In this document: one piece after another, positions 23,946 through 36,910 of the stretch | Numbering within the stretch: the first letter of the stretch is position 1 | How the letters are laid out: every line of letters starts with the position of its first letter | NCBI RefSeq assembly: GCF_004010195.1 | Contig: NC_057719.1 | Span: forward strand, 9,158,037 to 9,222,036 | Length of the DNA stretch: 64,000 bases | Direction: 5' to 3' | Source: Chiloscyllium plagiosum | Taxonomy: Eukaryota | Made by a program: the position numbers and the translations under genes | Notes under the pieces: generated by a model | Database searches by the model: none | What the model saw: the letters and a program-made list of their open reading frames with translations, nothing else | Told to the model about the DNA's origin: nothing

Positions 23946-25211
23946 ATATCATAATGATCCTGTTCAAATTATGTGTGCAACATTCCCTTTCCTGAAGGAA
24001 ACAGAGTCGGTCTGTAAAGCTTTCCCTTTCTCTACCTTTCTCTACCTTTCCAAAAGTTGCTACATAATGGAGAACCAAACTGTTCACATTGCTCAAAGTG
24101 GGTTCTAAACGAGGCTCGATTAAGTTTAACATGGTGTTACTGTTTCTGAATTCTATAAGTTGCATCTTCTTCCTGTGCAATGCCATCTTTTATTTTCCAT
24201 TTGGTCCCATTCTTAACTTCCTTGTGTTGACAGACTGTTGGCAGCTCAACCACAACACTGCTGCCCTTTCCCAGGCAGGGGTTGACTGTGTCGTCAAACA
24301 GAGTCCACCTACTCAAAACCGAAGTGACATTTCTAAGCCGAGCAGGGCCCGAGAAGTGGGACTGAAAGCTGCATTGCCCACCCTCCGGCCCCTCACTACA
24401 CCCCCGTCATCTTGAAGCAAAAATCAGACAAAAAAAAAACGATTCAACCAACACACGGAGAGGAATCACCTCCACAAAACAGGCTGGTGTGGTATCTCTG
24501 CTTCACATTCTGGTCCGTGGAGTATCCCCTGAGGGCCCCCGTCAAATGTTTTCAGGGAGGTTTCTGTCAGGGACTGTCAGAACATTTTCTCTCTTTTTGT
24601 TTTGGCAATGATTAAACAGTTAGACTGGTGCCAAATCAGAGGCGGAGGAAGGCAGGGTGACATTTCCCTGGCAATGCATTGTAATGCAGCTGGAAACATT
24701 GTGATCCAACACTACAATAGGAATTAATCAAGTAGAAGGCAGCTTGTTCAGTCGCACGGAGAAATGTGAACACACACAAAAATGAAAAAAGACTGCCACA
24801 CTCCAGCTCCGGAAGAGAAGGTTTTCACCTCTTCGGCACAAGTAATGTCTGCGATTCTGATTTCACGTTTGCTCTGGTCCTTCGACAGATGTTCCATTGC
24901 TGAGATGGGATGCAGATGGGGAAGGGGTTGACTTGCAGGGTGGGGGGAGTTGGGGGAGCTGATATTGAGTCAATGTTGCTCCGTACCATTCATCTGGCTG
25001 GTATGGTTGGTCTTCCAGTTGGCTGATCCATGAACTGTGGCTCCACTGGACTGTTAACAGGGAAACATCACATCCGCAGTGACATAGAGTGCTTCACAGG
25101 CCAGTCTGTCATTAGAACATGGGATTCAGAGATCAGGAGAGTGATTCCTTCTCTCCCAGACAGTTGTGAATTTTTGGAAATCTTCTCCCCCTCTAAAAAT
25201 CTTTTCCCCGC

Positions 25212-25832
25212 AAATGTAATGTTGTCATTTATCTCAAGAGGGTTGGAATGTAAAAGCAGCGATGTGCTACTGAGACCTTATAAAGCTCTAGTTAGGCCCC
25301 ATTTAGAATACTGTATCCAATTCTGGGCCTCATATACTGGCACTGGAGCGTGTCCAGCGGAGACTCACACGGATGATCCTGGAATGGTCGGCCTAATATA
25401 TGATGAATGGCTGAGGATCCTGGGATTGTATTCATTAGAGTTTAGAAGGTTGAGGGGAGACCTAATAGAAACGTACAAGATAATGCATGGCCTAGAAAGA
25501 GTGGATGCTGGGAATTTGTTTCCATTAGGTGGGGATACTAGGACTCATGGTCACAGCCTTAGAATTAGAGGGGGTCAATTTAGAATGGAAATGTGGAGAC
25601 ATTTCTTCAGCCAGAGAGTGGTGGGCCTGTAGAATTCATTGCCATGGAGCGCAGTGGAGGCTGGGACGTTAAATGTCTTCAAGGCAGAGATTGATAATTC
25701 TTGATCTCGCAAGGAGTTAAGGGATATGGGGAGAGTGCGGGTAAGTGGCGTAGAAATGCCCATCAGCCATGATTGAATGGCGGAGTGGACTCGATGGGCC
25801 AAATGGCCTTTCTTTCACTCCTATGTTTTATG
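25212..25832 (+). mobile_element. CR1 3' end
   Basis: YKALVRPHLEYCIQFW..LEFRRLRGDLIETYKI..FFSQRVVGL plus 3'UTR. Confidence 0.92.
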
Positions 25833-26139
25833 GTTAGATTAGATTCGATTACTTACAGTGCCCTTCGGCCCAACAAGTCCACACCGACCCGCCGAAGCGC
25901 AACCCACCCAGACCCATTCCCCTACATTTATCCCTTCACCTAACACTACGGGCAATTTAGCATGGCCAATTCACCTAACCTGCACATTTTTGGATTGTGG
26001 GAGGAAACCGGAGCACCCGGAGGAAACGCACGCAGACACGGAAGAATGTGCAAACTCCACACAGTCAGTCGCCTGAGGCAGGAATTGAACCCGGGTCTCT
26101 GGCGCTGTGAGGCAGCAGTGCTAACCACTGTGCCACCGT
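25833..26139 (-). mobile_element. HE1 V-SINE inserted in the CR1 tail
   Basis: CR1 tail ..ttatggt is interrupted and resumes as tggtctta after the SINE head. Confidence 0.9.
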
Positions 26140-26309
26140 GGTCTTAAAGATGGTGGAGGCAGAGCCTTGGAATATCATTAAGGCAGATCAATTATTGAAA
26201 GCAGAGGGGTAAAAGATTGTGAGGGGTCAGGCCGGAAGGTGGAATCATAGAAGTGTTACGTCGCAGAAAGAGGCCATTCGGCCCATTCATATGTAAGATT
26301 ATATATGAG

Positions 26310-27582
26310 AATATATGAGACATGGTTAGTAAGTTTGTGGATGACACCAAAATTGGTGGGATATTGGACAGTGAAGAAGGTTATCTAAGATTACAAAGAG
26401 ATCTTGATCAATTGGGTCAATGGGCTGAGGAGTGACCGATGGAGTTTAATTTGGGCAAATGTGAGGTGTTGCATTTTGGTAAAACTAACAAGGACAGGAC
26501 TTATTCAATGAATGGTAAGATGCTGGATAGTGCTGTAGAATAGGGAGACTGAATGAAGTGCAAATTACTGCAGATGCTGGAATCTGTTCTGAAAACAACA
26601 AATGCTGGAGGTCACAGTGGGTCAGGCAGCACCCATGGAGAGAGACCAAGCTAGCATTTCGGGCCTGGATGGTCTCCAGCGTGTGATCTCCAGCATTTTT
26701 TGTTTTCAGAGAGACCTATAGGTTCAGGTACATAATTCTTCACAGGGTGGTTGAGAAGGTGTTTAGCAAGCTTGCCTTCATTGCTCAGACCTTTGAGTAT
26801 TGAAGTTGTGATGTCATGTTGAGATTGTACAGGGCATTGGTGAGGTATCTTCTGGAGTATGTGCACAGTTCTTATCTGGTCGACAGGATGGACATTATTA
26901 AGCTGGAGAGGGGTCAGAATAGATTAGCTGGGAATGGGGGGTTGACTGGATAGGCTGGATAGACTGTAACTTTTTTCACTGGTGCATAGGAGGTTGAGGA
27001 GTGACCCTGTAGAGATTTATAAAATTCTGAAGCGATTACATAAGGTGAAAAGCAAAGGTCTTTTTTCTAGGGTGGGGGTGTTCAAAACTAAGGGGCATAT
27101 TTTTTATGGTGAGAGGAGTAAGTTTTAAAAAGGAAATGAGGGGGTAACTTTTTTTACACAGAGAGTGGTTTGTGTGCAAAATAAATTGCCAGAGGAAGTG
27201 GTGGATGCAGGTACAGTTACAACAATTCAAAAGCATTTGGTGAAGTACGTGAACAGGAAAGATTTAGAGGGATATGGGGCAAATGCAGTCAAATGGGACT
27301 AGTTTAGTTTGGCACATGGTTGGCGTGAGATTAGAGTGGTACTGGAAAAGCACAGCAAAGTCAGGCAGCGTCCGAAGAGCAGGAAAATCGATGTTTTGGG
27401 CAGGAGCCCTTCATCAGAAAAGGTCGATTTTCCTGCTCCTAAGATGCTGCCTGACTTGCTGTGCTTTTCCAGTACCACTCTAATTTTGACTTTGATCTCC
27501 AGCATCTGCAGGTCTCACTTTCGCCTACATAGTTGGCATGGACTAGTTGGGTCTGTTTCCATGCTGTAAGACTCTATTACTC
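26310..27582 (+). mobile_element. Decayed CR1 3' kilobase with two PLE-derived insertions
   Basis: KFVDDTK..MEFNL..through to the 3'UTR; inserts at about 26553-26710 and 27326-27527. Confidence 0.85.
27326..27527. mobile_element. Palindromic PLE-derived element
   Basis: Arms gattagagtggtactggaaaagcacagc / gctgtgcttttccagtaccactctaat; acatggttggc and acatagttggc on the flanks. Confidence 0.8.
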
Positions 27583-28034
27583 TATCCTTCCTGACATGTG
27601 GCCCCCAAAACTGTACACAATACTCCAGCTGAGATCTAACAAGTATCTAATACAAGTTCAACATTCTTGCACTTGTACTCTATACCTCTATTAATAAAGT
27701 GGAGAATACTGTCTGCTTTCTCAACCTGTAACGTCACCTTCAGTGATCTGTGCACGTAGACTCTCAGGTATCTCTGCTCCTGGACAGCCTTTAGAATTAT
27801 GTCCCCTACTCCATGTTGTCTTTCAATGTTCTTAAGGCCCAGTGCATCACCTCATACTTCTCTGCATTGTGCCCCATCTGCCATCTATTTTCTCACACCA
27901 CTAACCTGTCAATGCCCTTTTGGATTTCCAAACTATCCCTGTCCCTTCAGTTCACACTTCTTCCCAAGTTTCATGTATTTGACACACTTTGAAATTGTCC
28001 CTTGTACACCAAGATCTAGATCATCAACATAGAG

Positions 28035-28790
28035 ACAATAAGGCTAGGACTTATACAATTAACATTGGGTATTGTTGGAGAACAGAGGGACATAGGGATT
28101 CAGGTACATAACTCTTTGAAGTTTGCATCACATATAGATAGGACTGTTAAAAAAAGCATTTCACCCACTTCTCTTCATTACTCAATCCTTTTAAATATAG
28201 GAGTTGGGAAGTCATGTTGAGATTGTCCAGGATATTGGTGAGGCCTCTTCTGGAATACTGTGTCCAGTTCTGGTCTCCCTGTTGCAGGAAGGATATTATT
28301 AACATAGAGAGGGTTCAGAAGAGATTTACCAGGATGTTGCCGGATATAGAAGGTTTGAGTAATAAAAAAAGGCTGGATAGGCTTGGATTCTTTTCACTGG
28401 AGTGTAAGAGGTTGAAAAGCCACCTTATAGAAGTTTATAAAGTAATGAGGGGCATAGACAGAGTTTATGGTAGTTAAGTCTTTTCCTGAGGATAGGGGAT
28501 TTCAAGACTCAGAGACACGTTTTTAAAGAGAGAGATTTAAAAAAAAGACATGAATGGCAATTTTTTTTTTACACAGAAGGTGGCTCATGTGTGGAACAAA
28601 CTTCCTGAGGAAATGGTGGATGTTGGTACAATTACACCATTGAAAAGACATTTGGAAAGATACATGAGTAGGCAAGGTTTGGAGGGATATGGGCCAGGAG
28701 CAGGCAGGTGAGACTAGTTTAAATTGGGATTATGTTCAGCATGGACTAGTTGAACCGAAGAGTCTATTTGTGTGCTGTATGATTCTTTGA
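28035..28790 (+). mobile_element. CR1 3' end
   Basis: LVRPLLEYCVQFWSP..ERVQKRFTRMLP..LIEVYKVMRGIDR plus 3'UTR. Confidence 0.9.
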
Positions 28791-30220
28791 CTTGATGACA
28801 AAGCAATGTTCCCAGCACTGACCCCAGATGGTAATTAAAAGCAGATCAGCCCCTGAATGATGGAATGAACTGGAGGGGATGAGCAGCCAGCTCCCACTCT
28901 GGGTTTGTCTGTTTTGTTTGGAGAGTGGTTGAAGTGGAGGAAATGCACTACTGGTTGGGAAATAAAACCATGTACATTGTGACACCAGGCAGGACTCATT
29001 CTTGATCTGAGTTTGAGGATTGTTCCCCTATCTACCTGACCACACTCAGGTGACCTGGGCACAAATTCTGGGCTGTTATCGCAATGGCGAGTGCTGTACT
29101 GCCCACGATGCCCTCCCTTAAGTAAAATGAGAGTCTTTTAAAGGAGATTCATAGAGTCAGAAAAGGCCCTTCGGCCCATCAAGTCTACATGACTATAACT
29201 AAAGTGCATTCATCCCAACTTCCTGCACTTGTCCCATTTTCTTGAATGTTATGACATTTGAAGTACTCGTCCAGATACCATTTAAAGGTTGTAAAGCTTC
29301 CAGCCTCCATGCCTTCCCAGGGCTCCTTAGTGCCTTGGCTAATAATTATCCTTCGACCAATGTTACAAAACCAAAACAGATAAGAAACTTGCTGCTTTTG
29401 GGATCCTGCAGTGTGCAATATGACTGGTGCCTTTTCTCACATCTGAATGGTAATCGAGGATGTGACAGACACTACTGAAATGCAAATCTTCCTTTGCTTT
29501 CTCTCGCTCCAGTGCATCATCGGCCCCCAAACCCTCATCCTATCCAGTGTCTTCGTCTGAACAGTTCGGGGAGACCTTGCATTCTTTTTGCCAGTTTTCA
29601 CACCATTGCGAAAACAACACAAATTCCACTATTCCAGTAGCCAGGCCTCCTATAGAAAGCAAAGCTCCTCAAGAAGTTATGTAATACAGCAGAGATCTAA
29701 GATTATAATCCAATTTTAGGTGCAAGTACATTCCCACTAATTAACGCACATAGTTATTTTACACCAATCATTCATTTCAGGACGAAATGAAAAACTTTTC
29801 ACTCAGGTCTTAATTTGAACTCGTTGAGTCATGAAAGGGGAAAAATAAAATGGTGTGCATGCCTGACAGAGGACATTGAAATTAGACAAATGAGTCAAGA
29901 TGTTTTCTGCTTTTATTTGTCCCTAAATAGACAAGCCTTTGACAAGTGCACTCAGACAAGTGCTGAACGTACAGTGTGGCCTGATTAATTAATCCATGTT
30001 GCGTGAACGTTTCTCGATGTCACAATTCGACCTTTGTTACAAATGTGTTCTTTTTTTAAAATAAGATGCCATTATGAAAAGGCTTGGCTCAGCGACTAGT
30101 GCTGTACTTAGGGGCCAGCCAGGGGTATGGAGGCGGCAACAAAACATAATCCCAGATGGGTAGGAGCAATTTACTGCAGACACCGGAATCTGAACTGGAA
30201 ACAAAAAGTGCTGGAGATCA

Positions 30221-30437
30221 CAAGAGAAAATGCTGGAAAATCTCAGCAGGTCTGGCAGCTGACATTTCGAGTCTAACTGACCCTTTGTCAAAGCTGTCGA
30301 GCTTTGACAAAGGGTCAGTTAGACTCGAAACATCAGCTCTTTTCTCTCCTTACAGATGCTTCCAGACCTGCTGAGATTTTCCAGCATTTTCTCTTTTGGT
30401 TTCAGACTCCAGCATCCGCAGTCATTTGCTTTTATCC
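30221..30437. mobile_element. Palindromic PLE derivative with head-to-head hammerhead-like motifs
   Basis: 39-bp inverted repeat 30257-30295 / 30300-30338; agtg(g)ctggagatca duplicated on the flanks. Confidence 0.82.
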
Positions 30438-30714
30438 AGTGGCTGGAGATCATAGTGGGTCAGGCAGCATCCACGGAGAGAGAGCAAGCTAATGTTTTGA
30501 GTCTAAATTTGGAGATGCCGGTGTTGGACTGGGGTGTACAAAGTTAAAAATCACACACCAGTTTACAGTCCAACAGGTTTAACTGGAAGCACTAGCCTTT
30601 GGAGCGCCACTCCTTCATCATCCTTAATCAATCACCTGGACTATAACCTGGTATTGTGTGATCTTTAGTTTTGAGTTGAGGTGACTTGTTATCAGACCTA
30701 CGATGAAGAGTCAT

Positions 30715-31049
30715 CATAGAATCCTTACAGCGTGGAAACAGGCCCTTCAACCCAATAGGTCCACACCAACCCTCTGAAGAGTAACCTATCCAGACCCATT
30801 CTCCTATATTTACCTCTGACTAATGCACCTAACCAACACATCCCTGAACACTATTGGCAATTTAGCATGGTCAATTCACCTAATCTGCACATCTCGGGAT
30901 CATGGGAGGAAACTGATGCGCCCGGAGGAAACCCGCACAGACACAGGGGGAGAATGTGCAAACTCCACATAGACAGTTGCCTGAAGTTGGAATTGAACCA
31001 GGGTCCCTGATGCTGTGAAGCAACAGTGCTAAGCCAACATGCCACCCCT
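30715..31049 (-). mobile_element. HE1 V-SINE
   Basis: Full tail-to-head match. Confidence 0.88.
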
Positions 31050-31459
31050 TCATCTGGACTCAAAACATTAGCTTGCTTACTCTCCATGCAATGTGCCTGA
31101 CCCGCTGTGATCACCAGCACTTTTTTGTTTTCCTTACAATCTCAAATGGTCTTTCTTCAGCAATATAACCAACTGTGTGATATTTGCCCTGATTGCCGTT
31201 TCTGTTACCCTGATGGTTTATCTGCCATCTCTGTCATACAGTGGCAGAGAGGTAGGGTTACATAAGATCCACGTCTTTCTATTTTACCTTGACGATATAT
31301 TGAAAGGGAGAGATGGGCATTGTTTCAAAAAAGAAGACAAACAAGGAGTTGTCCACAGCTTTAGGAAAGCAAGCAAAGCTTATGGGTTGCATATCAGATG
31401 CTTCTTCTCTTTGCGGGCACTGACAAAGACTCATCACTTGTGTATGTTTGCCCAGAGTC

Positions 31460-31671
31460 GAGAATGTGTTGCTGGAAAAGCACAGCGGGTCAGGCAGCAT
31501 CCGAGGACCAGGAGAATTGACATTTCGGGCTGGACACCTTCATCAGAAAAGGGGCTGACGCGGCCAGAAACGTTGATTCTCCTGCTCCTCAGATGCTGCC
31601 TGACACGCTGTGCTTTTCCAGCACCACACTCTCGACTCTGATCTCTAGCATATGCAGTACTCACTTTCTTC
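31460..31671. mobile_element. Palindromic PLE-derived element with 17-bp TSD
   Basis: tatgtttgcccagagtc at 31443-31459 and 31672-31688. Confidence 0.85.
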
Positions 31672-32070
31672 TATGTTTGCCCAGAGTCAGGGTTTTTAAC
31701 TAGACCAATTGTCTTGGGTTCAGGGGAGCTCAGCATGGCAACAAGCCTTGACTTTATACAACAAATTCCACTGGAGGTAAATGAAAATGACTGGACCATG
31801 CGGTTGGTGCAGGGAGGAGATGGTATAGCATCAATTAGCTCATAATCCATGAGCCCTCTCTGGCTTGCATGTTCAAATCCCATCATTGAAGCTGGTGGAG
31901 TTTTAATCCATTTCCTAAATCTGTATAAAGTGGAGTTCTGAAAACCAGAATCAAAACATTAACTGTGTTTCTTTCTCCAAAGATGCTGCCAGATCCACTG
32001 AGTTTCGTCAGCATTCTCTCTGTTTGTTTCAGCTTTATAGCATCTGCAGTATTTTATGTTTTTTTAAAAA

Positions 32071-32351
32071 TTCCCTACAGTGTGGAAACAGGCCCTTTGG
32101 CCTAACAAGTCCACACCGACCCGCCACCCATCCAGACCCATTCCCCTACACCTAACACTATGGGCAATTTAGCATGGCCAATTCACCAATTCAATTGGAC
32201 TGTGGGAGGAAACCGGAACACCCAGAGAAAACCCACGCAGACACAGGGAGAATGTGCAAACTCCACACAGACAGTTGCCCGAGGCTGGAATCAAACCTGG
32301 GTCTCTGACGCTGTGAGGCAGCAATGCTAACCACTGAGCCACCGAGCCGCC
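32071..32351 (-). mobile_element. HE1 V-SINE
   Basis: Tail, V-domain and head present. Confidence 0.88.
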
Positions 32352-33259
32352 TGGAATACTCACCCTACACCTTACTTGCCTCCTTTGAAACATTTCTTAA
32401 AACCTACCTCTTTCATCTTGCTTTTGCTCAACACTTAATATCTCCTTATATGATTGTTATATTTTGTTGTACAGTGCTCTGGTGAAGCGCCTTGGTTGTG
32501 CTGAAGGTGCTATATGAATGCAAGTGGTTGCTGTTGCCTGGACTTAAAGCACGCAAGAGGCCAAGGACATAGGTTATAGAAATAGACTCAAACAAACAGA
32601 GAATGGGGCTGAATGATCTCCATCGCACCATCACGAGCATTAGACACGGAAAAATGATGAACGAGGTCTGACTGAGCAGCCTGACACACTGATAGCATAC
32701 AATCATTTCTTGTCTGTGGCCAATTTTGACCTGCCTTCCTCCCACCACCTCCTTTTTGACATATCTTTGAAGCATCACTTGTCATTCCATCATTGTTACA
32801 AAATTCTCTTGACAAGGGAGCGAGCTTTTATTGATGATCCAAGGACAGTTCTTTCAAGATAATAAGAATCATGTTATTCCACATTTTGCAGACAGCTTTT
32901 GGAAAAGGTTACAGAGGGCCAGTGAATGATTATGCTCATCGCACTCTTGTGAAAGTCCAGAAAATTAACCATAGCTCCAAATGATTTCTTCACAATTTAT
33001 TTTACAATATGAGATGCATTCTCCCCAATAAAACAGGGCTGAGGACTGCTTTGACAGATACATTTACATCATGAGATGATTAACTGTAGGGAAAACGTCT
33101 TCATTTGCAATTGGGCTATAACCTGGTATTGTGTGATTTTTAACTTCATTTGCAGAGGAATGTAAAACTTGGGGTCACAGGTACCAGATAGTCGCTGATA
33201 TTGATTTGTGAAAAGTTTTGTTTTGTGAGTGGTACAGGCAGATTATAACAGGCAGATTG

Positions 33260-33415
33260 TGGGCGGCATGGTGGCACAGTGGTTAGCACTGCTGCCTCAC
33301 AGCGCCAGAGACCCAGATTCAATTCCCGCCTCATGCGACTCACTGTGCGGAGTTTGCACGTTCTCCCCGTGTCTGCATGGGTTTCCTCCGGGTGCTCCGG
33401 TTTCCTCTAATCTAA
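33260..33415 (+). mobile_element. HE1 V-SINE, internally deleted
   Basis: Head to ccggtttcctc, joined directly to taatctaat. Confidence 0.85.
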
Positions 33416-33449
33416 TAACAAACAGGGACATACATAATAAATGGGTAGG

Positions 33450-34075
33450 TTTTCTCACTAGACTGTTAGCCCCAGACCCAGGTAATGTTCAGGGGACCTG
33501 AGTTTGAATACTGCTATGGTAGGTAGTGAAATTTGAATTCAATAACAATCTGGAATCAAGAGTTTAATGATGACTATGAATCCATTCCTGATTATCAAGG
33601 AGGGAAAACTCATCTGGTTTAATGCCCTTTAGGGAAGGAAATCTGGCCTGTCTGTGACTGCAGACCCACAGCAATGTGGTTGACTCTTAACTGCCTTCTG
33701 GGCAATTAGGAATGGACAATATCTGGCCCACCCAGTGATGCACACATCCTATGGACAAATAAAAGAAAACCCAGAAATCAGGCAAATTTCAGGACATTGA
33801 TGCCATTGGCTGGGCCAACATTTATTGCCCGTCCCTTGAGGAGGTGGTGGTGAGCTGCCTTCTTGAACTGCTGCAGTCCACTTGCTGTAGGTTGACCCAC
33901 AATGCCATGAGGGAGGGAATTCCAGGATTTTGACCTAGCAACAGTGAAGGAACAACGGTATACTTTCAAGTCAGGATGGTGAGTGACTTGGAGAGGAACA
34001 TGCGAGGGAGTTCCCATATATCAGCTGCCCTTGTCCTTCCAGATGGAAGTGGTTGTAGGTTTGGAAGGTGCTGTG
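33450..34075. mobile_element. Second SINE (+, 33450-33765) tail-to-tail with a 3' end of the second LINE (-, 33805-34075)
   Basis: Both end in the related gggcaat..aataaatg.tggccca tail. Confidence 0.65.
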
Positions 34076-36704
34076 TAAAATTTAGCAGATTCACTGATGG
34101 GATGCAAGTGGAGGAGGAGGAGGCTGAGAGGCGATTTAAAAGTGTCTAAGATCATGAGGGATCTGACAGAACAGATGGGGAGAAACTGTCCCCATACATT
34201 GATGAAACAAGAACGAGGGGGCACAGATTGAATATCATTGGCAAAAGAAACAATAAAGATCAGAGGAGAAATGTTTGCATGCAGTATGTGTTTAGGGTCT
34301 GGAATTAATTAACCGAGTGTATGGTCGAGGCATCCAAGAGGAAATTGGACTAAACCAGAAGAGGGAAAATGTGCAGAGGTTATGGGGACAAAGTTGGAGA
34401 GGGGTTGGTTTGTAGGTGCATTGCCCAATTGATTAACAAGCATTGCATGATGCAATTCTGGGTGGGATAATGTTCAGAGGGTCAGTGCAGACTCAATTGG
34501 CCAAATGGCCTCTATCTGTACTGTAGGGGTTCTGTGGTTCTAAAATTACAAGAATTGTGCTGTAACCGATCAATGTTCATAATATGATTCTTGGAACCCT
34601 GGATTGTTTCACTTGCCCTAATTCCCTACCATCATGGCTGCAAACACTTTGGTATATCGTTTCAACAGAAGCAATTAGAATAGATTATCTCAGAGGCCTT
34701 TCAGCCCATTATGTCTGTGCTGGTCATCAAACATCTAACCACTCTTATCCCATTTTCCAGCAATGGGACCCATAGACTTGTGTGCTGCGGCACATCTAGT
34801 GCTCACCTAAATACCTCCTAAATAGCTTGATGGCTCCTACTTCTACCACCCCTTTTGGCACCCCCCACCCTCCAGGTGAATTATTTTTTCATTAAATCCC
34901 CTCCTGCTGCATACCTTAAGACTTTGCCCCCAATTAGTGACCCATCTACTTAGAGGAAAATTTCTCCCTGTTTACCTCATCTATGCCCCTCTGAACCTTG
35001 TACCCCTGAATCAGGTTTCCCTTTGGCCTTCTCTGCTCTAAGGAAAACAACCGCAGCCTACCTAGGCTCTCTCCTTGGCTGGAGTACATCCTGGTGAAAG
35101 AATCTCCTCTGTGCCATTACTAGTGACATTGCCAGATGAATTGTGACAGAAGGTCAAATTAAGTGCCACTTTTCCCCAGTAACAGGAGGAGTAATGGCAA
35201 TCCCAATTTTTTGGGAACACAGTTAGAATTGACCCCCTGAATTCCAGAATCAAGAAGACTCACCTCTTATGGGAATTCAATGGAGGGTTCATGTGATCTG
35301 GAACACATTGGCAATGCCCATGGCATCTAGAGCCTGGGTCACCCGGAAACAGAACATAACTGCACCCAAATCGACTGGGTTCAAGCATTCAGCCAAACAT
35401 TATCGAGCAAGCAGCCAATAAACATGTGAATTTTGGGAAGAGGCCCTTCAGTCCATTAAACCAGCATGGCTACTCAATTAGATTACTATCAATCTGGAGC
35501 TCAACTCCATTCACCCAACTTGTTCTGGAACTCTTAGAATGAAGTCCTATTTATTTGTGATTTTGGAATTGCTGCAGTGCAGATAGAGACCATTCAGTCC
35601 ATCTTGTCTGCACAGATCCCCCGAACAGTATCTCACCCAATCCCCATTTTTACCATGACTAATCCACCGAGCTTGTACATCTCTGAGCAATTTAACATGA
35701 CCAATCCACCTAACCTGTATATCTTTGCTCAGCTAAATACCTCCTTGATGGTTCCTACCTCTGCTACCCATTTTGGTGAATTTGTTTTCATCAAATCCCC
35801 TCCCACTCCATACCTTAAAACTTTGTCCCCAATTATTGACCTTGCTACAAAGGGGGAACGTTCTCCCTAACTACCCAAACAGACATGGGAGAACACGCAA
35901 ACTCCATGCAATCACCCGAGGGTGGAATCAAATCCAGGTCCCTAGCGCTGTTCAGCAGCAGTGCTAGTCACTAGCCACTGAGGGCAGCTTCCATTTTTTT
36001 TCCCTTCCTGCTAGTACCGAATTGCTTTGCTTCTTTCTTATTAGTGATGATTTTCCTGGCTGTAGTCTAAATTGAATGAAAGCTTCCTTGCATCGAAGAT
36101 ACTTTTTGTGAAACACTGAGTCACTGTCAAGAGTCCTTCAAAAGCACAAACACCTTCTGTCTCTCCCTCAGAGAAATCAAGTCCAAGCTCTCAGTGTTAA
36201 TTGGAATTTGAAAGGAGTTCCTAAACACTTATCATTCACACAATATTTGCAACGGCTTCACTTCTATCTGTCTGACACATTATCTATTTCTGACATCCTA
36301 TGTACTGAGGAGGGGAAATAAAATCATTCATTCACAACTTTGAGCAAACTCTGGTACATCTTAATTTCCTTCCGTCTCATTGAAGCCTGCATCTGAATAC
36401 TTTATAAAGAGCTGCTTCAGAGCTGGTGCTTTCAACAGGCCTGAGATGGACACCAGTCATTGACTGCGAGTGAGTGTTAAACCTGCTAAATAGGCATGAA
36501 ACTGCAGTAATCTGACAAAGAAAAGCCACTGAAATGCAGCTCCCTTTCCAAAGATACAACCCGAGTGCTCCTGCTTTGAAACATTTATTTTCTGACATCT
36601 GCACAGCTCACAATCTGAACACTATATGAGTAGCAGAGTGATATGGCATGGAGGGCCATACAGCCCATTGTGTCTGTGTTAGCTCTTTGATTGAACTGTC
36701 CTAT

Positions 36705-36910
36705 CGGGTCTCTGGGTGGAGTGTAAAAGATCACATGACACTGTTTTGAAGACCAGTTGGGGATTTTGCGCCCAGCTCAACATTTACCCCTCAACCAGCA
36801 TCACCAAGGTTAATTGTCTGGCCATTACCACACCGCTGTTTGCAGGACCCAATTGGGGATAACTTGCCTGCAATATTTCCTGACACTAAAACTGTGACTG
36901 CACTTCCAGA
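36705..36910 (+). mobile_element. Deu-domain SINE relic
   Basis: ggtggagtgtaaaagatcacatgacactgttttgaaga..catttacccctcaaccagcatcac..gtgactgcacttc. Confidence 0.6.

Larger units (their letters stand above)
30163..31135. mobile_element. Family C palindromic PLE derivative containing three nested insertions
   Basis: Left arm in pieces (30163-30220, 30438-30507, 30669-30714); right arm 31050-31135; inserts at 30221-30437, 30508-30668 and 30715-31049. Confidence 0.72.

Noticed and set aside
25030..25632. 200-aa ORF as a host gene
   Set aside because: Unique sequence reads through into a frameshifted CR1 ORF2 remnant.
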